64,000 nt of DNA from Planctomycetota bacterium (lineage in GTDB: Bacteria > Planctomycetota > PLA2 > JAEUHO01). The notes beneath the pieces are model-generated. The model was not told where the DNA came from. It saw only the letters and a list, made by a program, of their open reading frames with translations, and did not search any database. Positions within the stretch are counted from its first letter, which is position 1. Every line of letters starts with the position of its first letter. The stretch lies in NCBI GenBank assembly GCA_050248855.1, contig JBFWRP010000001.1, forward strand, positions 224,001 to 288,000, in the 5' to 3' direction. The position numbers were made by a program, and so were the translations under genes. Below, in pieces: positions 26,927 to 36,925 of the stretch.

Positions 26927-29005
26927 CTACTGCCGCGCTACGTCCTGATGCACCTCGGAGACCCGGTCGCCGACCTCGATCGGCACCGAGGCCAGGGCTG
27001 GCCCGGCCTTGCCGTCGGTGAACGCGGCGGAGAGCGTGTAGCGCCCCGGCGGGATGCCGTAGAGGACGAAGCTGCCGTCGTCGGCCCAGGGCACGGTGCG
27101 GGCGGGATGGAGGGGACTCCCGGGCGGGGTCGGCGCCTCGCCATCGCGGATGGGATGCAGCCACACGTTGCCGTGGCGACCCTTGGCCACGTCCGCCGGC
27201 ACGCGTCCTCGCACACGTGCTCCCGCGAGCACGAAGTCCGTCTCCACGCGCGGCGCGGTCGCGGTGAACAGCGCGTCGGGGCGCGAGGCGTCCAGCGCCG
27301 AGCCGTTGGGCGGCCAGACGTGGACGCGGTACACGTCCTCGGGGACCTCCTGGTCGAAGCGCCCCTCGGCGTCGTACGGCATGATCAAAAAGCCCTCGCG
27401 GTCGGTGCGCGCGAGGATCACGCGTCCCCGGGCGCGCACGGCTTCGCCATCGGGGCACACGACGCGGCCCACGACGCGCGCCAAGCCGCGACCGGATCCG
27501 TGGTTGACGATCGTCCACCCCTCGTCAGCCACTTGGATGTGCCGATGGAAGGTCGTGGCGGGATCATCGAGATCGGCAGCCAGGGCGAAGCTGACCCATG
27601 TGAGACCCGGATGCAGCCGACCGATGGTGTAGCGGCCGTCCGCTCCCGTGGTCGTCTGCGCGATGAGATCGGTCAGCTGCGAGCTCGCACGCACGACCGC
27701 TCCCGCCACGGGCATGCCGTCGGCGCCCCACACGGTTCCGCTGATGCCGACCTCCCCCAGCTTGACGCTGACCTCGGGACGCTCCGCGCCTCCCGTGGTC
27801 TGCGCCACGTAGAAGATGCGGGACACGCCATCCCCCAGGTCCACGCCGACGTACCACGTACCCTGCTCGACGCTCTCGAAGCGGAAGCGGCCATCGCGAC
27901 CTATGGGCATGCTCGTCTGCGCGTCCTTGCCCACGGGGATCTGACCCGCGGTGGTGAACTGCCCGCCTTGCCAGAGCAGTCCCGTGCCCGTCAGGGGTTG
28001 GCCGTCGGCGTCGAGGATCATCCCCGTCACGACGTCGGGCGGCGACGTCGGACCGGTCGCCCCGGGTCCGTTCGCGGCCGGGTCACCGACGGCGGCGCCG
28101 GCACCTGTCGACGTGACGGCCCCCGACTCGGCTCCGTTCCCTTCGTCCGCGTCGCCCGGCGCGTGTGCGTTGGCAGCACCTGCGTTGGCCGGCGTGCCGT
28201 GGAGCGTCGGCCCCGTCGAAGGGAGCCCCTCCTCCTCGATGTCCGTCACGAGCCGGGACGGATCGTCATCCCGTTCCCGGTCGACGAGCAGCAGGCCCCC
28301 GGCGGCCGCGAGCAAGACCACGACGAGCACGAGGCCCAGCTTCTTCGTTCCTGCCATGCTCAATGCTCCCCACGTCGGGCGCGCGACGCTCGCGGCTCGT
28401 GTCGACGCCCGGCTCGCCGGCAGCAGGGCCAGCACGCCCGGTGCAACGCCGCCGGAGCGTCGCGGATCGGCACCCAGGTCCTTGCGCAGCTTGCCGAGCC
28501 CAAGCCGCAAGCGGCTCTTCACCGTGTCCAGCGGGACCTGGGTGCGGCTGGCGATCTGGCCGAGCGACAAGTCGGCTTGGTAGCGCAGCACGATCGCCGT
28601 CCGCTGCGGCTCCGGAAGTCGGCCGAGTGCGGCGGCAAGACGCCGCTGGATCTCGGCACGCTCGACTTGGTCCGCGACGGCCGGAACGCGCTCCGGGCGA
28701 GCCGCGGCCTCTTCACGACGGCGTCGGCGCGTACCTGAGCGGTGCTGCTTCCACGCACAGGTTCGTGCGACGCGCGCCAACCAGCCCTTCGCGCTGTCGA
28801 TGACCGCGGGGGCCTGCCCGACGGCAAGAAGCCACGTCTCTTGCGCGACGTCCTCCGCCCCCGCGGGGTCGCGGACGAGCGCAGAGGCGAGTCGACGCAC
28901 GAACGGCTCGTGCTCCAGCAGTCGATCCAGCGAGTGCGTCGATGCGGGCAGGGGCAGACCTCCTCTTCCCAGGATCCCAAGCTTGGCGATCCGGGTCACT
29001 CCCAA
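26927..29005 (-). CDS. ECF sigma factor fused to a TM helix and extracytoplasmic carboxypeptidase-regulatory-like domains (start uncertain)
   Basis: AEDVAQETW, GWLARVART, LPEPQRTAIVLRY, TVKSRLRLG; TM LGLVLVVVLLAAAGGLLLV. Confidence 0.85.
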   Translation of the reverse strand: MGVTRIAKLGILGRGGLPLPASTHSLDRLLEHEPFVRRLASALVRDPAGAEDVAQETWLLAVGQAPAVIDSAKGWLARVARTCAWKQHRSGTRRRRREEAAARPERVPAVADQVERAEIQRRLAAALGRLPEPQRTAIVLRYQADLSLGQIASRTQVPLDTVKSRLRLGLGKLRKDLGADPRRSGGVAPGVLALLPASRASTRAASVARPTWGALSMAGTKKLGLVLVVVLLAAAGGLLLVDRERDDDPSRLVTDIEEEGLPSTGPTLHGTPANAGAANAHAPGDADEGNGAESGAVTSTGAGAAVGDPAANGPGATGPTSPPDVVTGMILDADGQPLTGTGLLWQGGQFTTAGQIPVGKDAQTSMPIGRDGRFRFESVEQGTWYVGVDLGDGVSRIFYVAQTTGGAERPEVSVKLGEVGISGTVWGADGMPVAGAVVRASSQLTDLIAQTTTGADGRYTIGRLHPGLTWVSFALAADLDDPATTFHRHIQVADEGWTIVNHGSGRGLARVVGRVVCPDGEAVRARGRVILARTDREGFLIMPYDAEGRFDQEVPEDVYRVHVWPPNGSALDASRPDALFTATAPRVETDFVLAGARVRGRVPADVAKGRHGNVWLHPIRDGEAPTPPGSPLHPARTVPWADDGSFVLYGIPPGRYTLSAAFTDGKAGPALASVPIEVGDRVSEVHQDVARQ

Positions 29006-29118
29006 CGCCCGAGGGCGCCGCGAGGCCGTGGGCCCGGTGCCCGGGCTCCATGCGTTGCGTCCGCTGGATGGCGCGTGGCCGGAGGCCTAGAATCGCTGTT
29101 GGACGGTCGGGAGCACCC

Positions 29119-32100
29119 ATGGAGAAGAGCGAGGGCAGCGCGTCCGGCGAAGGTGGCGTGACGCCGCGGGGGACTTCGGGCCCTGCCTCGCGTGAGCTCG
29201 GCCACAGCGTGCTGCCGCGCCTCGAGCAGCAGACCGGCGGCCCCATCGGGGTGGATCTCGGGGCGGAGGGCACCCCGGAGCGCGGTGCCGGCGAGCGCAC
29301 GGCGCGGTACGTGCTCCGCGGCGAGCTCGGGCGCGGCGGTGTCGGCGTCGTGCTGCAGGGCAACGACGTGGACCTGGGGCGCGAAGTCGCCATCAAGGTC
29401 CTGCGCGAGGAGTTCGAGAACCAACCCGATGTCGTGAAGCGCTTCGTGGAGGAGGCGCAGATCGGTGGGCAGCTCCAGCACCCCGGTGTCGTACCGGTCT
29501 ACGACCTGGGCGTGGCCGACGGGCGGCCGTTCTTCGCCATGCGACTGATCCGCGGCAGCGCCCTGGACGCCCTGCTGGCCCAGCGCGAGACCCCGGCCGT
29601 CGAGCGCAGGCGCTTCCTCGACATCTTCGAGAAGGTCTGCCAGACGGTGGCCTATGCCCACGCTCGCGGCGTGATCCATCGCGACCTGAAACCCGCGAAC
29701 GTCATGGTCGGCCCATTCGGCGAAGTGCAGGTCGTGGACTGGGGCATGGGCAAGGTCATGGGAACCGGCCCCTCCGCCGACGCGTGTCCACCGACAGCCC
29801 ACGGCGAGGAGCCGCGCATCGAAACGGTGCGGACGGAGAGCACCGACACGCAGTCCGTGCTCGGCTCGATGATGGGTACGCCCGGCTACATGCCACCCGA
29901 GCAAGCCAAGGGCGAGCTGGGCGAGATCGACGAGCGCAGCGACGTGTTCGCCCTGGGCGCAATCCTCTTCGAGATCTTGGTGGGCGAGCCGCCTCAGGTG
30001 GGAACGCCCATGGAGCGCTTGCTGGCTGCGTACAAGTGGGAGGCCGAGGCCGCCCGCGCGCGCCTGCACGCCAGCCAGCCCGACCCCGAGCTGGAGTCGC
30101 TCGTACTGGCCTGCTTGGCCCGCCATCCCCAGGACCGACCGGCTTCGGCACAGGTCGTCGCGGAGGCCATCGCGACCCACTTGGCCGCCGTCGAGGAACG
30201 CGCGCATCGGGCGCAGGTCGAGGCTGCCGAGGCCAAGGCCAGCGAAGCCGAGGCAAGCGCTCGCGCTGCACGCGAGGAAGCCCGCGCCGAACAAGAGCGA
30301 GCCGAGGCCGAACAGGCGCGGCTGCGTGCCGAGGGCGAACGCAAGCGTCGTCGCGCAGCGGTCATGCTGACCCTGGCGTTGGCGGTCGGTGCGGCAGGCA
30401 CCACGGTCGGCATGCTTCTCGCCAACGACCAGCGTGCCGCGGCCGAGCGCGCCCAACAGGCCGAGCAGCAGCGGGCGCAGGGCGAAAGCGAAGCCAGGGA
30501 AGAGGCCACCAAGCGCCTGGCCCAAGTGCAGAAGGGCATCGAGATCCTCGGCGCGGTGTTCGGCAACCTCGATCCGAGCGAGGTGGCCGAGAGCGGCCTG
30601 CCGCTCCAGTCCCTTCTCGCCGAGCAGCTGGATCGCGCCGCCGACGAGCTCCAGGGCGATGCCGCCGGCGATCCGCGCGACGTCTTCCGTCTCCAGATGA
30701 CCCTGGCCAGCTCACTGCAGGGCCTGGGCGAGTTCGACCGCTCCCTCGAGCTCCTGGCGCGTGCTCGAGGGCTCGCCGAGTCCGAGCTCTCCGACCAGCC
30801 GCTCCTGCGCCTGGAGGTCCTCCAGGCCATGGCTGTCGTCCTTACGTCCCGGGAGCGGGGCGAGGAGGCCCTCGCGCTTCTCGACGACGCGGAGGAGCTC
30901 GCGCGTAGCGAGCTCGGACCGGATGACCCTCGCACGTGGCGTCTGGTCGCCAACCGCGGAGGCACGCTCCGCGACCTCCACCGGACGGCGGAGGCCAGGG
31001 ACGTCCTGGAGCGGGCGCTCGCCGAGCTCCGCCGTTTGGACGGTCCCGGCGCCAAGGCCACGATCCTCTGCCAGAACAACTTGGCAGCAGCCTACGTCGA
31101 CGACGGCGAGCACGCGGCAGCTCATGCGCTGTACGTGGACGCGCTCGCCACGTGCCAATCCCGAATCGGCGCCAAGCACCCCACGACCTTGCTGCTGCGC
31201 TGCAACGTCATCAACACACTCGAGTCGCTCGGACGGCTCGAGGAGGCGGTGCGGGAGGGCGAGGCGGCCCTGCTCGAAGGACGGGAGGCCTGGGGCCCGG
31301 AGAGCCACTACACGGTGATGATCGAGGAGTCGCTGCTACGCGCGTGTCGCAGCGCGGGCATGGAGGAGCGGGCGTACGAGCTGCTCACCCACGTCCTTGC
31401 GTGGACGGAGCGGCGGCTGGGCGCAGATCACTGGCGAACCTTGCGGGCCCTGGGCCAGCTGGGTCATTGCGAGTACAAGCTGGGCCGCTACGACGCGGCG
31501 GCTGGCCGCTACAAGGAGCTTGCGGCTCGCCACGAGCGCCTGCGGGGGCCCGACGACGACAGCACGCTGACGGCGCGTGCCGAGTACGCACAGAACCTCC
31601 ACCACGGGGGCCAGACGGCCGAGGCACGGCGGGTCCTCGAGGACCTGTGGCGCCACGCCGCGGCGCACCCGGCGCTGCTCGTCCACATGATGACGCTGGC
31701 CGAGCTCATGGAGCGGCTCGGCGACGGCTCCGGTGCCCTGGGCGTGCTGGAGGAGAGCCTGGCCCTCGCACGAGCAAAGCTCGGACCTGACCACGAGACC
31801 ACGCTCCAGCTCATGGACAGGCAGGCCAGCGGGTTGTACCGCGCGGGCAAGCCGAGCAAGTCCATCCCCCTCTACGAAGAGCTGCTGGCGGCCCAGCGCA
31901 GCTGGCCGAACGGGCCGCACCCGCGTCTGGTCAACACGCTGTTGAACCTCGGCGCATGCTACCGGGCGGCCGGCCGCGTCCAGGCCGGACGGAAGGTCTA
32001 CGCCGAGGCCGTACGCCTCTGCGAGGCCGATGCGACGTTGTTGGACGAGGCGGAGAGCGGCTTTCTGCACATGGTGGCCTCCGCCTACGCGGCCCTCGAT

Positions 32101-32895
32101 CGTCCCGACGACGAGCTGGCCATGCTCCGGCGACTGGTCGCGCGGCTCGAGAAGGAGATGGACGGTCGGGCGGGCGACGCCGCCTTGAACCAGGCCCGCT
32201 CGCGCCTGGGCGCCTCGCTGTTCCAACGCGGTCGTCTCGAGGAAGCCATTCCGATCTTCGAGACCGTGCTCGCCGAGCAGGAGCGCATCCTCGGGGCCGA
32301 AAGCATGGACACCGTCCGAACGATGGGCAATCTCGGTACATGCCACCTGGAGGCAGGCCACTTCGATGCGGCCATTCCCCTGTTGGAGGTCGTCGTGGCC
32401 CGGCGCAAGGAGGACCCGCGGGGGCTTGCCGTCGTCGGGTCCTTGGCCATGGCCTTGCAGGAAACCGGCCAGCCAGGCAAGGCGGCGGATGTGCTGCGCG
32501 AGACGTTGGCCGAGGTCCGCTCCGTGCTACCTCCAGGCCACCCCGCGCTCGGCAACCACCTGTCCCAGCTGGGCATGGCCCTGCTCGACCTCGGGGACTT
32601 CGCCGGCGCCGACGTCGTCCTGACGGAGTGCCTGGCGCTGCGCGAGAAGCTGGATCCGGAGGCTTGGTCGCTGTTCAACGCGCGCTCGTTGTTGGGTGCC
32701 GCCCGGCTGGGGCTTGGCAAGACCGAGGAGGCCGAGCCGCTCCTGCGCGAGGGCTACGCCGGCCTCTTGGCCCGCCGCGACCAGATCCCCGCGGTCGCCG
32801 CGAAGCGCGTAGACGAAGCCCGCACACGTCTCGTCAAGCTCTACCGGACCACGGGTCGCGACGCAGAGGCGGACGCGCTCGAGCCTTCGCGGTGA
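29119..32895 (+). CDS. Ser/Thr protein kinase with TM helix and TPR repeats
   Basis: GRGGVG, VAIK, HRDLKPAN, DWG, GTPGYMPPE; LGxxHPxT-type TPRs. Confidence 0.93.
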   Translation: MEKSEGSASGEGGVTPRGTSGPASRELGHSVLPRLEQQTGGPIGVDLGAEGTPERGAGERTARYVLRGELGRGGVGVVLQGNDVDLGREVAIKVLREEFENQPDVVKRFVEEAQIGGQLQHPGVVPVYDLGVADGRPFFAMRLIRGSALDALLAQRETPAVERRRFLDIFEKVCQTVAYAHARGVIHRDLKPANVMVGPFGEVQVVDWGMGKVMGTGPSADACPPTAHGEEPRIETVRTESTDTQSVLGSMMGTPGYMPPEQAKGELGEIDERSDVFALGAILFEILVGEPPQVGTPMERLLAAYKWEAEAARARLHASQPDPELESLVLACLARHPQDRPASAQVVAEAIATHLAAVEERAHRAQVEAAEAKASEAEASARAAREEARAEQERAEAEQARLRAEGERKRRRAAVMLTLALAVGAAGTTVGMLLANDQRAAAERAQQAEQQRAQGESEAREEATKRLAQVQKGIEILGAVFGNLDPSEVAESGLPLQSLLAEQLDRAADELQGDAAGDPRDVFRLQMTLASSLQGLGEFDRSLELLARARGLAESELSDQPLLRLEVLQAMAVVLTSRERGEEALALLDDAEELARSELGPDDPRTWRLVANRGGTLRDLHRTAEARDVLERALAELRRLDGPGAKATILCQNNLAAAYVDDGEHAAAHALYVDALATCQSRIGAKHPTTLLLRCNVINTLESLGRLEEAVREGEAALLEGREAWGPESHYTVMIEESLLRACRSAGMEERAYELLTHVLAWTERRLGADHWRTLRALGQLGHCEYKLGRYDAAAGRYKELAARHERLRGPDDDSTLTARAEYAQNLHHGGQTAEARRVLEDLWRHAAAHPALLVHMMTLAELMERLGDGSGALGVLEESLALARAKLGPDHETTLQLMDRQASGLYRAGKPSKSIPLYEELLAAQRSWPNGPHPRLVNTLLNLGACYRAAGRVQAGRKVYAEAVRLCEADATLLDEAESGFLHMVASAYAALDRPDDELAMLRRLVARLEKEMDGRAGDAALNQARSRLGASLFQRGRLEEAIPIFETVLAEQERILGAESMDTVRTMGNLGTCHLEAGHFDAAIPLLEVVVARRKEDPRGLAVVGSLAMALQETGQPGKAADVLRETLAEVRSVLPPGHPALGNHLSQLGMALLDLGDFAGADVVLTECLALREKLDPEAWSLFNARSLLGAARLGLGKTEEAEPLLREGYAGLLARRDQIPAVAAKRVDEARTRLVKLYRTTGRDAEADALEPSR

Positions 32896-32932
32896 CGGGT
32901 CCTGCGCCTCCGCCGCTCCAAGGCGTTCGCCT

Positions 32933-33403
32933 TCAGTGCCCGAAGCCGGTCCAGCCGGGCAGCTTGGACGACTGCTTGATCCAGCGCACGAGCCGGGTCT
33001 CGTCCACGTCCTCGCCCTCGTGCAGGTGCACGTAGCGCGTGGCGTCGTGCTTGGACTCGACGGGCGGCGGCGGCTCGAGTGACGTTCCGTTGAAGAACGC
33101 GACCTTCACGTACTTCGTGATGCAGTGCATGCTCATGAACCAGCCGTGCTCCGCCGTGCCATAGAACGGCGAGTTCCATCGCACGGCCTTCTGCAGCCCG
33201 GGCACGTGGCGCACGGCCAGCTCGTCAAGCAGTCGCCCGATGTCCTGCTTCCACCCCGGCATGGCGGCGAGGTAGGCCTCCACGACCTCGGGACCATCGC
33301 CCTTGCCGATCTGCGGGTTGCCGCCGGAGAGCAAGCGAACCTTGGCGGACGCGGGCTCCGTGCGTCGAGAGCCTCTGGGGCGGGTCGGCTTCTTCTGCGG
33401 CAT
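32933..33403 (-). CDS. DUF1801 domain protein
   Basis: LLSGGNPQIGKGDG...KAVRWNSPFYG...KYVKVAFFNGTSL. Confidence 0.85.
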   Translation of the reverse strand: MPQKKPTRPRGSRRTEPASAKVRLLSGGNPQIGKGDGPEVVEAYLAAMPGWKQDIGRLLDELAVRHVPGLQKAVRWNSPFYGTAEHGWFMSMHCITKYVKVAFFNGTSLEPPPPVESKHDATRYVHLHEGEDVDETRLVRWIKQSSKLPGWTGFGH

Positions 33404-33597
33404 CGGAGGGCACGTCTCCTCGTCCGGGGTGGCCCCGACAGAGCATCGCACGAAGGCGCACCCGCCGCGCTCCGGGCTCCGCCTGCGCGTGTGATGAAGA
33501 TCCGATGGGGACGGTGACCCCGCCCTGCCCGGCAGCATCGGTTGGGCGAGCGCGGCGTACGAAACTGGTGGGTCCCCTGCGAGCGCGAGGTGACGCC

Positions 33598-35577
33598 ATG
33601 CCCAATGTCCCGTCCAGCAGCGCACAGAACGGATCTCGGATGGGTGCCGTGTCCACGGGCCGAAGCGTCGAGCCCGTCGGGATGGAACCGCCGCCCTCCG
33701 CGCCAGCTTCGGGGCTCGGGGACGTGGCCCTGCGCCTCCAGGCGCTGCTCGATCGGATCGTTGCCGCCGAAGCGGGCCTGGAGGCGGAGCTCGCTCGCGT
33801 TGCGCCGGACCGCCTGGCCAGCGCGCGCAACCTCATCCACTACGTGGCGCTGCGCCAGGTGGACTTGCGGCCGCTCCAGGACGACCTGCTGCGCCGGGGA
33901 CTCTCCTCCCTCGGACGCTGCGAGGCCAACGTGCACGCCACGTTGGACGCGCTGCTCGAGATCCTCGGGAGGTTGGCTCCGGACACGGTGACGCCGTCGT
34001 CGCGACCGGTCGAAGTCGGCTTCGATCGCGGTCGCGAGCTGTTGGACCGCTCGACCGTCGACCTGTTCGGCCAGCGACCGGTGCATGGCGGCGCGCACAT
34101 CATGGTCACGATGCCCAGCGAGGCGGCCGACGACCACGCCCTCGTCAGCGACCTGTTGGCCCAGGGCATGGACTGCATGCGCGTGAACTGCGCGCACGAC
34201 GACGCGATCGCCTGGACACGCATGATCGAAAGCCTGCGCCGCGCCGAGGCCGAGCAGGGGCGAGCGTGTCGCGTGCTGATGGACCTCCCGGGACCGAAGC
34301 TGCGTACGGGGCCCCTCGAGCCGGGGCCCGCCGTGCGCAAGTGGCGCCCGCGGCGTGACTCCTCAGGTCGCCTCCTGGCGCCGGCGCGCATCTGGATCCA
34401 CGCGGAGGGTCGCGCGACGACCCCGCCCCTTCCGGCGGACGCCTCCCTTCCCGTGGGCGGCCCCCTGCCCGCGGACCTGGCACTCGGCGAAGAGCTGGTC
34501 CTCGAAGATGCCGGCGGCCGCAAGCGCCACCTGCGCCTCGTCGAGGCTGGCCACGGCGGCTGGTGGGCCGAGTGCTCGAAGACGGCCTACGTGACACCTG
34601 GCACGCCGCTGCATCGTGGAGCCTCCAACGGCAAGCGGGGCCGCGTCTTCGCGCGCGTCGGCTCGCTGCCGCCCACCGAGCAGTTCCTGACGCTTCGCCG
34701 GGGTGACGTGCTGCTGCTCGGGGATGACTGCAAGCTGGGTTCCCCCGCACGCTACGACGAGCACGGCTCGATCGTGCGGCCCGCCACGATCGGCTGCACG
34801 TTGCCGGAGGTGTTCGGCTTCCTCAAGCGCGGGGAGCGCGTGTTGTTCGACGACGGCAAGATCGGTGCGGTCGTGCGCGAGGTCCACGCGCGTCATGCCG
34901 TGCTGGACGTCGTGACCGCAGGCGCCAAGGGCACCAAGCTGCGCGCGGACAAGGGCATCAACCTGCCGGACAGCGACGTCCGCTTGGACGCCCTCACACC
35001 CCAGGACCTGGACGACCTCTCCTTTGCCGTCGAGCATGCGGACATGGTCGGGATGTCGTTCGTGCGGCGAACCGCCGATGTCGAGCGTCTCCACGAGGAG
35101 CTGGCGCGCCGCGGCCGGCCCGACATGCCGATCGTGCTCAAGATCGAGAACCGCCAAGCCTTCGAGGGCCTGCCGTCGCTGCTCCTCGCTGCCATGCGCA
35201 GCCCGACCAGCGGCGTGATGATCGCGCGCGGCGACTTGGCCGTGGAGATCGGCTGGCAGCGCTTGGCCGAGGTCCAGGAGGAGATCCTCTGGATGTGCGA
35301 AGCAGCGCACATGCCCGTGGTGTGGGCCACGCAAGTCCTCGAGACGCTTGCCAAGACGGGCACACCGTCTCGCGCCGAGATCACGGACGCCGCCATGGGC
35401 GTCCGCGCCGAGTGCGTCATGCTCAACAAGGGCCCGCACGTCGTCGAGGCGGTACGCGTGCTGGGCGACATCCTGCGGCGCATGAAGGACCACCAGGTCA
35501 AGAAGCGACCCCTCCTGCGTCGGCTGCACCTGGCCGACGGACTGCGCGGTGCCCCGGAGGCCAAGCACCCCTCCTGA
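33598..35577 (+). CDS. pyk: Pyruvate kinase, long atypical form (start uncertain)
   Basis: RVNCAH, DLPGPKLRTG, KGINLP, KIEN, MIARGDLAVE, ATQVLE, PSRAEITD. Confidence 0.9.
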   Translation: MPNVPSSSAQNGSRMGAVSTGRSVEPVGMEPPPSAPASGLGDVALRLQALLDRIVAAEAGLEAELARVAPDRLASARNLIHYVALRQVDLRPLQDDLLRRGLSSLGRCEANVHATLDALLEILGRLAPDTVTPSSRPVEVGFDRGRELLDRSTVDLFGQRPVHGGAHIMVTMPSEAADDHALVSDLLAQGMDCMRVNCAHDDAIAWTRMIESLRRAEAEQGRACRVLMDLPGPKLRTGPLEPGPAVRKWRPRRDSSGRLLAPARIWIHAEGRATTPPLPADASLPVGGPLPADLALGEELVLEDAGGRKRHLRLVEAGHGGWWAECSKTAYVTPGTPLHRGASNGKRGRVFARVGSLPPTEQFLTLRRGDVLLLGDDCKLGSPARYDEHGSIVRPATIGCTLPEVFGFLKRGERVLFDDGKIGAVVREVHARHAVLDVVTAGAKGTKLRADKGINLPDSDVRLDALTPQDLDDLSFAVEHADMVGMSFVRRTADVERLHEELARRGRPDMPIVLKIENRQAFEGLPSLLLAAMRSPTSGVMIARGDLAVEIGWQRLAEVQEEILWMCEAAHMPVVWATQVLETLAKTGTPSRAEITDAAMGVRAECVMLNKGPHVVEAVRVLGDILRRMKDHQVKKRPLLRRLHLADGLRGAPEAKHPS

Positions 35578-35779
35578 CGGCCTGCCGTCAATCCCCTTGG
35601 CTCGGGACGGCGGCGGGGCGCGGTACCGTAGCGGCGAGGTCGTGCCACCCGGGCGCACCTGCAGGAGCCAGCATGCGCGCGCCGCCCTCGATCCCGCCGG
35701 CCCAGCCGGGCTCCAAGCGTCCGGACCGGCGAAGGAGGCCGTCGCAGGAGCGATCCGAGGTGGATGGGGTCGGCTCCCC

Positions 35780-36925
35780 GTGAGCCGCCCGACACGCCCC
35801 GTTCCCCTGGCTGCGCTGGCGGTCACGCTGGTGCTCGCCGCGTGCGGCAGCCGGGACGAGCGAAGCCGCGAGAAGGGGCTCGAGGCCGTGGCCCGGGCCC
35901 GCGCCGCGCAGGCCGAGCTCGCCGTCGCGGACGCGCGCGATCACGACGTGTTGGCGGCGTGGTTGCAGGGGGCCACGGCGCGCGGCGCACCCGCTTGGCC
36001 GGCGTGGCGATCCGCGGCGCTGGAGCGGATCGCCCAGGATCGCTCCGGCTACCAGGCGCTGTCCGATGCCCTCCAGGAGGTGCGCGCGGCGCACGCCGCC
36101 AGCGGCAATGCCGCCGAGCGCGAGCAGCTGACCCAGCGCATGGGCAGCGTGCCGCTCCGTGCCGAGCTCGGACGCCTGCTCGGAAGCGACAAGGGCCTGC
36201 CCGGTCTCCTGACCGAGGCCGCCGCGCTGCTCGACGCCACACCCGATGCGCCATCCTTGTTCGGGCAGCCGACGGCCGGACACGCTTCGGCTGTGCGCAA
36301 GGTGGCCGGCATCTACGCGGCCCTGGCCACGCAGCGCGGGTCGACGCTCGCGAGCCTGGCACCGCCGTTGGCTCGATCCCTCACGCTCGCCTACCCGGTG
36401 CCCGTCCCCGAGGCCTTCGCCGGCCATGCCTCCTCGCTCGGTCTCGCGGGCCTGGGCGAGGGCGGCGAACCCGTCCTGTTGTTCCCGAACGCCGGCTACG
36501 TCTTCGGCGGCGTGCCCCAGGGCAGCGTGAACCGCGGCATGGAGTGCGGTGCCTTCGTGTCCTGGGTGCATCGCCTGCGCATGGCCTGGTGGTCCGGTGG
36601 GCTCGAGGCCGTCGCGCTGGCGCGCCAAGCGGGCAAGCTCCCCGAGGACGCACCCGACTGGTTGAAGAGCGGCTGGGGCACGTTCGAGCTGGTCGCCCGG
36701 GAGGCGCCGCTGCGTCCGGGTGACATCGTCGTCTGGCGCTGGGACGCGGACGACGGGGAACGCGTGGGCCACGTCGCGCTGTGCATCGAGACCCCCGACG
36801 ACGCGGCGTCCTTCCTGGGCCTGGAGACCTGTCGTCTCGACGACGGTTCCCGGGAAGGCATCGTCGAGCGCCGCCACGCCCTCCACGTGCCGGGACGCAC
36901 CACCTGGGTGCTGCGCGTGCGATGA
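35780..36925 (+). CDS. Lipoprotein with C-terminal NlpC/P60-like Cys-His domain
   Basis: Lipobox LAAC; YVFGG...GMECGAFVSW; PGDIVVW; GHVAL. Confidence 0.7.
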   Translation: MSRPTRPVPLAALAVTLVLAACGSRDERSREKGLEAVARARAAQAELAVADARDHDVLAAWLQGATARGAPAWPAWRSAALERIAQDRSGYQALSDALQEVRAAHAASGNAAEREQLTQRMGSVPLRAELGRLLGSDKGLPGLLTEAAALLDATPDAPSLFGQPTAGHASAVRKVAGIYAALATQRGSTLASLAPPLARSLTLAYPVPVPEAFAGHASSLGLAGLGEGGEPVLLFPNAGYVFGGVPQGSVNRGMECGAFVSWVHRLRMAWWSGGLEAVALARQAGKLPEDAPDWLKSGWGTFELVAREAPLRPGDIVVWRWDADDGERVGHVALCIETPDDAASFLGLETCRLDDGSREGIVERRHALHVPGRTTWVLRVR

